From assembly GCF_032191835.1 (NCBI RefSeq), contig NC_083225.1, positions 71,734,001 to 71,798,000 of the forward strand: a stretch of DNA of 64,000 bases, in the 5' to 3' direction. Shown here in pieces: positions 36,016 to 47,959 of this stretch. The DNA is from Heteronotia binoei (Eukaryota). The notes beneath the pieces are model-generated. The model worked only from the letters and a program-made list of their open reading frames with translations, made no database searches and was not told the DNA's origin. The number at the start of each line of letters is the position of its first letter. The first letter of the stretch is position 1. Made by a program: the position numbers and the translations under genes.

Positions 36016-37360
36016 CTTTTACAAATGAGAGCTGGCCAGACTAATGGAACAATCCTAAGTAGGTCTCCTCAGAGGTAAGGCCCTTTTAATTCAATGGGTC
36101 TTACTCATAGCACAATGCTCTTATAGTGCAATCCAAAACAAGTTACATCCTTTGTCCTAAATTCATTGATAGCAATAGATTCAGAAGATATAACCCAGTT
36201 TAGGATTGTTACCTAAATTGGCTAAGCATCTAACTAGGTCTATGGGATTAATATTCATCATAGATTATCATTCTTATATGTTATACTGTTGACATTGTTC
36301 ATAGTCTGGAACTTTAAGACCCCATACAACCTAGGTCAAATGCAATGAACCAAATAAATAGAAAAGCAAGGAACATCTTGTTGATAATCCCATAATGGTT
36401 CTGTGTGGTTACTAAATTGTGCTGGACCATTACAGTAGAATAAACAAAAAGCTCACTTCTCTACTGACACTCTCCTACCAGGCTGAAATTACCAGTGTTG
36501 GTAACTTTCATTTTCTTTTCTGAAATCATGGTTATTTTTCAAATTTCATTTGAACCACTATCCAATTTTGTGTTATTGTAATGCAGCAAAGTAAAAATGC
36601 AGACAGGAAGGTGATTGATGTGTGACACCTTCTACTGGCTCACTCTTAATCAAAGATCAAATTGTGTAGGTGGTGGTAGATGAAACACTGCTACTATGAA
36701 TGCTAAGTATGGTATTTTGTAAAATAACCAGTTTTTCTTGACAGACAGCTATTTGAGTTATTTTAGAAGAGGATTATTTATCTGCCTGCCACTGATGTAT
36801 CTCTTAACAATTATCCTTAGACAATGAATCTTTGAATTATAAAACCTCTTTCCATCACAAAAAATATATGTCAAATCTGGTTGTCATGGAAATAGTCATC
36901 ATGTTGCAGATGTATACAGGAATGTAACCAAGCTGGGAAAACTTAAGATTCCTCTGCTCCTGTTTTCAGGATAAGATGCTTTAGAAATAAACTATGCACA
37001 TCTGAGAGATTATTATTTTCGTTTTATAGATCATTTTAAATGCTTAACAGCAAAATGTCAGCCATTTTGATATGACAAACTGCTCTAGGCTTCTGATGAG
37101 GTGATATCAAAGTCTGAGAATATGTTACATTCTCTAGCCATATCTTGGGATCCTTGTGCAACTTGTTTTACTAGAGGAAAATGAATGTTTAGTATTCTAT
37201 CATATCACAACCAATCAAACTTTAATATACTTACAAGTTACAATGGCTCTATTGTAACATTTTCAACTTTAGACTGGATTTATCACTTGGCTAAATATAT
37301 CGTAAAACAGAACTCTTACTGCAGTGTCTTGAACTTACAGGGCTTACAGGGCTGTTAGTA

Positions 37361-37449
37361 CAGGGCCTACTGTAAGCTCCAGGAGGACTGGCTACATCAG
37401 GGGTGTATGGCCTAATATGCAAAGGAGTTCCTGCTACAAAAAAACCCCT
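37361..37449. mobile_element. hAT MITE (CAGGGC family) fragment
   Basis: GGGGTGT.TGGCCTAATATGCAAA...CCTGCTACAAAAAAA as in 31099-31205. Confidence 0.6.
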
Positions 37450-37979
37450 CTTAACTTAAGTATCTTCTTTTCTTAAAATATGCTATGAGCTGCATAATGC
37501 CTGAAGGGCTGTGTCCTGCACTATATGATACCAGACTAACCATATATCTTATTCATTCTGAATGAATAAGAAACGCCTGAAGCAGAAGTGAGCTAAAGTC
37601 AGCTTCTAGTATGCTGCATGCAAAGTAGAATGTGACATTTTGGTTTCCTGTAGTAAAAGCATACCTTTATCAGCTGAAGTTTTTCATGCAACATCACCAC
37701 TCATTTTAGCAAATGTGAAGTGTGTGAACTGTTCATCATCTTTTCAGAAAGTCATTGGAGCTTTTCCTCTTCTCTTCCTTAATACACATTAACTTTATTT
37801 ATTATGCTTTTCTTTTCCAAATGTAGATTTAACACCCTATTTAGGATGTCATATTATTGACAAGCCTGGAAACAATTTAAACTGTACTAAATCAGCAGGG
37901 GTTCCAACCCTTCTCAGTAAATGGATTTATCAAGATCATTTTTCCATTCTTTCAAACAAAACTTTCTAGAAAGAAACAG

Positions 37980-38160
37980 ACTGGGAGGGGCCATGGTTAG
38001 TGGTTGAGCATTTGTTTGGCATGCAGAAGGTCCCAGGTTCAGTCCCTGGCATCTCCAGGTAGTAGATGATATGAAAGACCTCTGCCTGAGACCCTGGAGA
38101 GCTGCTGCCAATCTGAGTAGACAATACTGACTGTGATTCAGTATACGGCAGGTTCATGTA
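37980..38160 (+). mobile_element. tRNA-derived SINE with CR1-like tail
   Basis: A box TGGTTAGTGG, B box GGTTCAGTCCC, tail GACAATACTGACT...GATTCAGTAT. Confidence 0.8.
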
Positions 38161-38980
38161 CTCAAAGGAAGAAAAGACGAATCATGTTTTAACATAATTA
38201 TCACAATCTCTGTGTAATACCTGATTAAAATCTGACAGGGGAGGAATTGGGAAAGATCTTGCTAGCCAACTGGTCACTGGCAGCTGGAAAACTTCTTGTT
38301 GAGCTTCTTCTCCTCTGCTCATAGGTTCTTAAGCTCCCACCCTCTGTTCATTGTTTCTTGATCCAGGTTGCCTAGAGGCCTGAGCTGAAGGGAAAGCAAA
38401 ACAGCTCTCATTCTTTGGCTGATGACTGTAGGCTACAGTTGGGTGGACATTTGGCCAGCAGAGAGAAAATATCAGCTTGGCACTCAGAAGTCTTTCTTGT
38501 TTATGTTATATTTTTTCTGTATTATTAGGTACTTTAGATATGCACTGGAGAAAGAGGTATGATATAAATGAAACGTAGACAGCTATTGTAGAGGATTTAT
38601 TTATTTAGGATAAGAGCCTTCAATCCAAATGGAAAGTTCCAAGTTCTCCTTCCATTGCTTGATACTTGGCTTTTCCTCACCTGCCTATAGAATCAGATGC
38701 TCAAACCTGCCTTGGCTTTTGCTGATCTTGAGAAGCCACAGTAAGTTAACCAAACCCATCTGCTGCAATTTTTGCTTCCTGCCTTGTAACACTACAGTCT
38801 CCCAGCTGGAGTCACCTACCAGCCTAGCTAGTCAGCATACAAGATGTCCTTCTTGTTCCAAAAGCGGTGTACCAAAGTCCTAAAAATCATGATGTGACTT
38901 CAGGCAAACTAGGCAAGATGCTGTATGTAACATTTATGAATGAATCTCTCTATTGTAATAGCCTGGGGGATCCGGATTTG

Positions 38981-39196
38981 GGCCGTAGTGTAGGGAAAGG
39001 AGAGGTTGATCCTCTGCCCTGTACTGCTTAGCTGACCTCAGACACATTCTTCGAACGGCAGTTTGTCTCACTGGGGAAAACATACCAGCTGCCTATATGC
39101 TGACTGCATGTTCTCCCCAATGGGGAAAACAACACCTCTAGGGAAACCATTTCAGACTGAGAAAAGAGTTAGAAGACCTCCTTCCACACTATGGCC
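38981..39196. mobile_element. Small TIR MITE
   Basis: GGCCGTAGTGTAGGG / CCACACTATGGCC inverted ends; internal TGGGGAAAACA / TGTTCTCCCCA. Confidence 0.55.
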
Positions 39197-41004
39197 CTCA
39201 CCCATCAGTTGCTTTTTATAAATTCAGCAACACTCATCTAGTCTGCTTTGACTTTTATTCAGAAAATGGTTTCCCATATGTATTCCTCCCGCTCGCCCTT
39301 TTCACTACTCACATTGCAGTGCAGCCATTCACATGACAGAAGTGAGTTTTCATAATGCAGGAAAATAGCGAAAAGGATTTGAAATTTTAAACTGTTGCAA
39401 GGTGCTTGCTTAGCATGCAACTTTTATTCAAGAAGTTTCAAATGGTGCACACAAACTCACATACACTACATATTTTGAAGATGGACTTTAGTGATTTTGT
39501 TTTCTGCTTGTTTTTAAAAGGATCTGTAGAACTTGACTACAAGAAGCCTTTGTCTAGAGATTGGGAGCCCTTCCATTAGTTACTCTGCATTTGCAGAAAG
39601 AAGAAAACCTGAAAGCTTTAAGGGAAGAAAATCCATAAATCCATTCAGTCAGTGGCAGTATGGCTGAAAACATGCACCGCTGTGACATTGGTAGTTAAAC
39701 ATGGCAGAGCAGCATAGATCACAACGCAAATAGGGCAGATTAGTGCCAGACTGAATGCTTCTAGCTGCATTCAATGTTTCCTGCTGCCCCTTGCTTGGGA
39801 AGGAACATTTTTAAATTGTAGAATATGACAGCCTCCTAGGCTCGAATGCACATCGTTTATTTCAGCTCCAAAGCACTGAACGAACAACGCATCTGCTGTG
39901 CCTTGTTTTTACAGTGTTCATCAGACGGCCTTCATAAGCACTTAATAAAAGGGAGGAATTACTAGGTACAACTAGTCTTTCTCCAAGAGAAAGAATATGC
40001 TGCTGAGCAGAATTTGAAAACTGCCATATTGGGACAGACGGTCCAGTTCGGCACTTTTCCCATCAACAGTAGCGTAGCCAAACATCTCAGAGAGGTTCAC
40101 AAACAAGACAGAGTGACAATTTCAGTCCCAGTTTGCTTCATGCTTGTAACATTCTGCAGCTGATTCTGGAGAAAATGTGGGGAAAACAGCTGCACTTAGG
40201 TTTCTTTTCCCCACCTGCCCCATAAAGGGCTGTGTACCTGTGCCCTGCTTTTCAGACACTGCTAAGTGGGTTTTCAGACACTCACAAATGTAACATAAAC
40301 ATCAGCTACAGAATGGTTGTATTGGTCTTGCAGAACAAGAGAAGATAAGCAGGTTGTGGCTTCTGTTTATGTTGCCTAAAGTTCACAGACTTCCAGGGCA
40401 TGGATTTTCGATGTACTGTGAATTTTGCACCAAAGATGTCTGACAGATGAACTTACTTTTGCTCAGCTATGAGGACTATACATGAGCCTGGGCCTGGTTG
40501 GTTTGGCACAGAACATACTAAATGCCAAGTCTGCATCAGTCCAAACCCCCACCCCCCGAACTGCACATATGCCAAAACACTACCAGTCCAAACCAATGTT
40601 CCCTCTAAGCTGCAGAGTCTTATGAGCAAAAATTCTACTTTGTGAGCTACTGGTATTAAGATTGCGAGCTGCTGCATAAATTATTGTGGTGTGGGGCCAT
40701 TTTTCCTGAGCTAAGACAAAAATGAGTGAGCTGGCGGCTAAAAACATTTTGGCAACCATTAAAGCCACTAAGAAAAAATGACACTGATATTTAAAAAAGT
40801 GTTTATGACTGGTTTAACAACCTGTGGTTCCCTACAAGGAGATGATTCTCCGGGTAAAGTTCTTTTCTGGGGGAAGGGGGGTTAAATCATCAACTGCTAT
40901 GGTGCTAATTCACACTAAACTTCTAATCATCTATTGCTATGTTCTACCAGCATTTCCATTTTTCCATTTTTAAAAAGTCTGTCTTTTTTTTGGTGCATTT
41001 TCCC

Positions 41005-41005
<1 letters not shown>

Positions 41006-41035
<30 letters not shown>

Positions 41036-43600
41036 TTTATTTATATCCCGCCCTCCCCGCCGAAGCAGGCTCAGGGCGGCTAACAGGACATGGTATATAC
41101 CATGATATTATATAAAACAATTATAAAATGCAGTTAATAAATACATTTAAAAACAGTTACATAAAATTTTAAAACTACAATAAATTAAGGTGCTATATTC
41201 AATAGGTATATTCCGATGGCTAGATGTCACTTTCAGGGTTCCTTAGAAGCTTGCAGAAAGAGGCTGGTTTTGCAAGCCCTGCGGAACTGATTAAAGTCCC
41301 GCAGGGCTCGCACTTCCTCCGGTAGTTGATTCCACCAGTGGGGAGCCATTATAGAGAAGGCCTGCTCCCTCGTTACTTTCAGTTTGGCCTCCTTTGGTCC
41401 AGGGATCCTTAAAAGACTTTGGGACCTAGATCTTAGTGCTCTCTGGGGAACATGTGGAGAGAGGCGGTCCCTAAGGTAGGCAGGTCCTCGGCCATATAGG
41501 GCTTTAAAGGTGATAACCAGCACATTGTAGCAAACTCGGAATATAATTGGAAGCCAGTGTAGTTCCTTCAGCCCAGGCTGCACATGTTCCCACCGAGGTA
41601 GTCCCAGTAGCAGCCTGGCCGCCACATTCTGCACTAGCTGCAACTTCCGAGTTTGGCACAGGGGCAGCCCCATGTAGAGGGCATTACAGTAGTCTAATCT
41701 CGAGGTGACCATTGCATGGATCACTGTTGCTAGGTCACTACGTTCTAGGAAGGGGGCCATCTGTCTCGCCCTTCTAAGATGGAAGAAGGCAGATTTAGCA
41801 GTGGCTGCTATCTGTGCCTCCATTGTCAGGGAGAGCTCCAGTAGCACTCCCAGGCTCCTGACCCTGCGCACTGGTATCAGTGACGCACCGTCAAAGGCCG
41901 GTAGGGAGATCTCCCCTTCCAGCCCGCAGCGACCCACGCAAAGGACCTCTGTCTTCTCTGGGTTCAGTTTCAGCCCACTCAGCCTGATCCAATCTGCCAC
42001 GGCCTGCAACGCCCGGTCCAAATTTATAGGGGTGTCGGCGGTCCGGCCGCCCATCAGTAGATAGAGCTGAGTGTCATCAGCGTACTGATGGCAACCCAGC
42101 CCATGTCTCCGGGCAATCTGGGCAAGGGGGCGCATAAAGATATTAAACAACATTGGGGAGAGAACTGCCCCCTGAGGCACCCCATAATTAAGTAGGTGTC
42201 TCCAGGACATCTCTCCTCCAACCGCCACCCTTTGTCCCCGACCTTCAAGGAAGGAGGAAAGCCACTGTAAGGCTAACCCCCGGATTCCTGCGTCGGCGAG
42301 GCATGGGTCAGCAGCCAATGATCGACCACATCGAACGCAGCCGATAGGTCTAGCAACAGCAATACTGCCGAGCCGCCTCGATCCAGATGTTGCCGGAAGT
42401 CATCCATGAGGGCGACCAACACCGTCTCCACCCTGTGGCCTGGACGGAAGCCGGACTGATATGGATCCAAGGTGGAAGTGTCATCCAGAAAGCTCTGCAA
42501 CTGCAACCCCACAGCCCTCTCAATAATTTTGCCCAAAAAGGGCAAATTTGAGACCGGCCGGTACTGAGCCAATTCGGATGTAACCTTTTTCAGGAGAGGG
42601 CAGACCACTGCCTCCTTCAGGGGCATTGGAAAATAGCCCTCCGAAAGAGATCTATTTATGATGTCCCGTATAGGACATCTTAACTCCTCCCAGCAGGCCT
42701 TAATTAACCAGGAGGGGCATGGGTCCAGATCGCATTTAGTTGGGCATGCAGTTACAAGGATTCTGTCAACCTCCTCCAAGCTGAGTTGGGCAAAGCAGTC
42801 CAGGGTCGAATTATGAGACACACACGGAGCCTCAAGTTCGCTCACTGTATCTAATATGGCCGGGCAGTCATGGCGGAGTGATTGGACCTTGTCTGCAAAA
42901 ATTTTTGCAAAAGCCTCACAGCCTATTTCCAATTTCTTAACATTTGGCTTGCCTTGTGGCAATGTAGTAAAATTCTGAATTATCCTAAACAATTGTGCCG
43001 GGCGCGAATTTTCAGACGCAATCTTGGTCGCAAAGTATGTTTTCTTTGCGGCCTTGATTGCCATCTCATAGGACCTCACAAACACCCTATAAGATGTTCT
43101 AGTCACTTCATCACGGGTGCGTCGCCATTGCCTCTCTAGCCATCTGAGACCTTGTTTCAGCTGACGCAGCTCCGGGGTATACCACGGAGCCAGCCTACTC
43201 CGAGGCCGTAGAGGGTGTCAAGGTGCGATCTCGTCAATGGCCCTAGGTAGTTGAGCGTTCCATATCTCAACCAGGCCATTGAGGGAATCGCCAGAGGGCC
43301 AGGGATCCCGCAGGGACGATTGGAACCGTTCCGGATCCATCTGGCTCCGCGGGCGAGCCATAATAGGCTCGTCGCCTAAACAGGTTTGGGGTGGCATATC
43401 TATACGAGCCCTAAGGGCGAGGTGGTCAGACCATGGCACCACTTCAGTGGTTATATCGTCCACAATAACCCCGGCCGCAAAGATCAGGTCTAACATGTGA
43501 CCGGCCTGGTGAGTGGGGGCTGCAACAAACTGAGAGAGTCCTAGTGTTGCCATGGATGACACCAGGACCGTCGCCTGACTAGAGGCCGGGTCATCAGTGG
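41006..43600 (-). mobile_element. L2-clade LINE, 5'-truncated, young
   Basis: Endonuclease C-terminus (PTHQAGHMLDL), RT YRPVSNLPFLGKIIE, QSGFRPGH, LDLSAAFD, GVPQGAVLSP, YADD, SRLDYCN and LHWLP; (AAT)n tail at 41006-41031. Confidence 0.95.
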
Positions 43601-43619
43601 GTCATTATATCTCTGCAAT

Positions 43620-43799
43620 CAGGGCTTTTTTGCAGAAAAAGCCCAGCAGGAAATCATTTGCATATTAGGCCACACCCCCTGACATCACCATTGTTTCACA
43701 TAGGGTTTTTTTGTAGAAAAAGCCCAGCAGGAACTATTTGCATACTAGGCCACACCCCTAGTATGTGTTCCTGTGCATTCCAGCTGAAAAAAAGCCCTG
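43620..43799. mobile_element. hAT MITE (CAGGGCTTTTTT family) with internal duplication
   Basis: Perfect 8-bp TSD TCTGCAAT. Two copies of TTTGCAT..TAGGCCACACCCC. Confidence 0.9.
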
Positions 43800-43974
43800 T
43801 CTGCAATGAAAAAAGAAAGAAAGCTGAGAAAAGATCATTAGACGATTACTGCACATTTGTGAAATAGCAATTGCTGATTTTTTTAAATGCCCTATGGTGG
43901 TGTGTGGAGGGAACCAACCTATTTAAACCATTGTCTGCTGAGTGTAGCTGTGGTGCAGCAAGGAAAATGGAATT

Positions 43975-44185
43975 AAATGGGCTGGGATGAGCTGTGGCTC
44001 ACTGGCAGAGCATCTGCACTGCATGCAGAAGGTTCCAGGTTCAATCCCTGACACCTTCACTTAAAAGGATCAAGTAGGAGGTGATGTGAAAGATCTCAGT
44101 CTGAGACCATTGCCAGTCTGAGTAATACTGACTTTGATGGATCAAGGATCTGATTCAGTATAAGGCAATTTCATGTGTTCACATA
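43975..44185 (+). mobile_element. tRNA-derived SINE with CR1-like tail
   Basis: Homologous to 37980-38160. Confidence 0.75.
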
Positions 44186-44668
44186 TGCAAAAAGCTGATG
44201 ATGCTGTACTGCACTCTTCATAAGGAGTATGGTAAGGAAACTTGCTGAACAGCCACAAACACATCAGTGAACAAACTGTCAAAAACGTTGCCTCTTGTTT
44301 GTGAGTGGCAAACATGATGTGAGCCAAACAGGTAGATGTCTGAACATGCCTAGTTCTCCCCAGAAGGTTTGACTGAGATGAAACTTAAAAGTCAACTATG
44401 AGCTCCTATGGCCTACCCTTGTGATTGGACTATCTGCATGCTAAAGCCACAGAAGCCCTGCCCAGAATGGCAGTCATACTGTTAATATAAACAGCTTACA
44501 ATCTTAGGCAAGGTGATAAGGAAGAAATAATAACAAGGGAAGATGGAATAAACTGACAGAAGTATTGTTACATAATGAAGGTGAGCAATGGTGTTGTGGA
44601 ACAGCCACAGCACAAGACAGTTCTGGTAAGACAGAAGCAAAGCAGCAGCTAATCCCAACTGGAAAGAG

Positions 44669-45986
44669 TGTAAGCCAAAATGCCCTCAAAACGAGGTTGG
44701 AGAATTGTCAGGTGGGCACCTGGCTCACTCAGGAACTTTTTACCTGTGTATACAGGATTCCACATTCAGAAAAGTAATGCTTAGGGACTCTAATTAAGTA
44801 AACCAATTAAAATTTATTAAGAAAAATATAGGCTTCTGTACAAGACAAAATACTCATAAAAACACACATTCAGTCCTAGGAAACATAGATAGAGAGATAG
44901 GGGAACACATGGGTAGACAAACAGGGTGATATTTACCAATTGTAGTCTTCAAGGAAGGCTCCAATGGCAACGAGCGAGGAAGTGGGAGAAGGGACCCGAG
45001 ACTTGGCCTTAGAATCGGGGATGGATCTATGCAGCGGAAGTTGGGATACTGATAGAAGCACACCTGTGGGTAGCTAGTCCACAGATTATAAGGAGCCCTT
45101 AGGGGATGGGAGGTACGAGGGAGGAGGAAGGTGGTCAGCTGGTGTGTGACCTCACGAAAAGGGGAGGTTTCGCAGTGACCATAAGGGCTGGACCACTGCG
45201 ACAACCAATAGAAAGTTCATTGGTGGCACCTAATTGGGTGCTTGCTCTTGACCAATGGACTTGCTTGGATCCTGGATACCTGAGTGAACTTTCAAGTTGA
45301 AATGGACCAGGGGGGAGGCTCCAAAATGACAGTTGGGGAGAAGAATAGAAAGATTACTTGGGTGGGGAGATGCTTGGGACTATTGGACTTATCTAAAAGG
45401 GTGACAATAGAGAGCCAAATCATGGTCTAGGTAACACCCAGTTTGTACAAAGGAACTTGGCTCTTGCTGAAGATGGTCTTCCTCTTCTTCTGGGCACCAG
45501 TCTTTGTCTTGAGTTCCGTCAAACAAAGAAAGTGGCGGCTAGATGATTAACCACTCCTGGGGTGGGTAGGTTGCTTGCAGGCATAGGTGACATCTGGTGT
45601 GTACGTGAGTCGTCCGCTTCGCTGGAATGGAGTCAAGCCTGGTAGGAAGATGGCTGCGTGTGGTGTTAGCCCTCCACGGTGGATTCCATGGTTAGAACTT
45701 CAAAACCATTCGCCTGGATAGCTCCTGGCGGCGCAGTCTCTTCCGCTCCAATGCTGAGATGGACGTCATACGGAACGACGGGAAGTCTTCCATTCTCCTG
45801 GTGGGCACTCTTGTAACGGTCTGGAGTGCCTTTGTAGCATTATGGCTGCTAGTACTGCATAAGTCCCTTTTGCCCCTGGATAGGTTTACCCACACTCTCT
45901 GGCCAGACGTGTGTGAGTCACTTCTCCAGGTGCTCTGGCAACCAAGCTGGTAATCACAATGTTCTGTAAGGGGGGTTTTCCTCACA
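44669..45986 (-). mobile_element. Solo LTR, about 1.3 kb (Gypsy- or ERV-type), copy 1
   Basis: TGTAAG...CTCACA termini; flanks AGAG/AGAA (4-bp TSD with one mismatch); colinear in inverted orientation with 58331-59672. Confidence 0.85.
45759..45953 (+). CDS. Putative 64-aa single-pass membrane micropeptide, antisense to LTR copy 1
   Basis: Intact ATG-to-stop ORF in both LTR copies with no indels; hydrophobic stretch ILLVGTLVTVWSAFVALWLLVL. Confidence 0.3.
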   Translation: MDVIRNDGKSSILLVGTLVTVWSAFVALWLLVLHKSLLPLDRFTHTLWPDVCESLLQVLWQPSW

Positions 45987-46059
45987 AGAACCCTTACTCC
46001 ATCTTCCCCTCTAATCCAGCCAGGGGGACTGATAACCTCTCCCCAACAATGGGAGTTCC

Positions 46060-46405
46060 CCATCTTCAAGTACTTGAAGGGCTGTCATATAGAGGATAGT
46101 GTTGAATTGTTTTCTGTGGCCCCAGAGGGTAGGACCAGAACCAATGGGTTGAAATTAAATCAAAAGCGTTTCCGGCTCAACATTAGGAAGAACTTCCTGA
46201 CCTTTTAGTGATTCCTCAATGGAACAGGCTTTCTCGAGAAGTGGTGGGCTCTCCTTCCTTGGAGGTTTTTAAACAGAGGCTAGATGGCCATCTGACAGCA
46301 ATGAAGATCCTGTGAATTTAGGGAGAGGTGTTTGTGAGTTTCCTGCATTGTGCATGGGGTTGGACTAGATGACCCTGGAGATCCCTTCCAACTCTATGAT
46401 TCTGA
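46060..46405 (+). mobile_element. CR1 LINE 3' end
   Basis: FKYLKGCH...RTRTNGLKL...NIRKNF-like translation; CTCTATGATTCT tail. Confidence 0.85.
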
Positions 46406-47959
46406 TACTAACTAGGCCAACATCTTCATCACATGTTTAATGGATTCTGGAAGTCTTAAGTACTTAAAGTCTTCCTTGTTTGATGGGTTTTAAATTAAGC
46501 CATTATGGGGTAGGCTTTCTCCATTGTCAGCTTGACTAAAGGATTTTTTTTTTAAATCACAGTATGCCAAAGACCTGAATCTAGCTTCCATTTGGGAATG
46601 CAAAGGCATGCACAAAGGGATGGTTGCCTGTTTCTTCTTGAAATCTTTTATTGAATTTCCATTAAATCATTAGGTACACATTTGCTGATTCAATAATTCT
46701 GCTAGGTTATGTAGAAGGCCTTAATGAGCAAAGCAATATATCTGGGCTGTTCTGGGCTTCCTGGCATTTCCATGGGGAGTAAAAGGCCTATGGGAGCATT
46801 TGGGAGGCTATCACAAGGCTACTGACATGGATTTTTGTGCTACTGTTTTTTTTCTAAGACTACATCTAATCAATACACAATGCCATCTCTTGCAGCCTGT
46901 CAGCAATAGTCTGGGTTTTTTATATTTATGGGATACCAATTTCCTTGAAACCAGAGGGCAACATTTTCACACTTGATACAGCTATTGGTAAAATGCTGGT
47001 CTTGGAGCCAGGGCTCCAGCTTCAAAGGGATAGCTGTAAGAAGAATTATTATGTAAGGAATGTCTGGAAGGCTAGTGGTGCATAGGTTAAAAATGAATGT
47101 TAATTTTAGGAACAAGGTCTGATGTGATCTACAACCCTGTAGCTTTACACATCTGCCTTTACAATACAGGCAATCACTCCAAAGAACTGGCAAAAATTAT
47201 GCTGGCAGATTTACTGTGTGCATTCCAGGTTAAAGACCATAAGGTCACTTTGCAAATATCCTTTTCAGGTGTCTTTGAATGCCTATCAAAATGCACATAA
47301 ATGTACAGGAACACTCTGAAGAAAGTTAGTTTTATGACCTTCCTGACTCAAAGTCCAAATGAAAGGCTGATAAGCAATCCCTTACTGGGAAAAATAGTAA
47401 CATATTAAATTGTCATTGTAGCAGCCAAGTTTAGATATCCCAGCAGCCTCTGAAGACAGAAATAAAAGCAGTAGATTGTACATTTTGCCAGAACTCCTAT
47501 AATGTAATCGCTAGTAGTCTTTGTTCAGTGGTGAACCTGAGTGAAACAATATTGTGAAATGCCATTATGTTTTGGTGGCCTCCATGCACATCTATTTTTG
47601 TGCTGTACTATCCCCTTTTACATCCTCATTTAAGGCAGGGATCTCTTAGTAGGGATCTGATCCCACAAGCTATACTCTTCCAGTATTTTGATGGTATCAA
47701 CCAATCCCCACTCTCACTAGCCTGACAAATAGAGAAAATATCAAAGACAATGCAGACTTCAGAACAGGAATGATTCAGTGTGCAATATTTCTTATAAGGT
47801 TATTCTATGCCATATCATTCCTTTCCGTGGAAAGTTTCCCCAGATCTCCAGTTTGGTGCAAAAGATAGTTGATGCCAAAATGAAAAACCTCATGGAAGTC
47901 TGCTAGTAATCTGAAAAGTAGCAACAGCTTGATTGTCACTGAAACAGAAGAGCTAGCAT

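Noticed and set aside
37980-38060. tRNA genes here and at 5850, 6870-6941 and 43975
   Set aside because: A and B boxes are present but there is no cloverleaf, and each continues into a SINE body.
45424-45645. Second LTR ORF (77 aa in copy 2, 58671..58904)
   Set aside because: Copy 1 has an early stop and a 7-nt indel, so it is not conserved.
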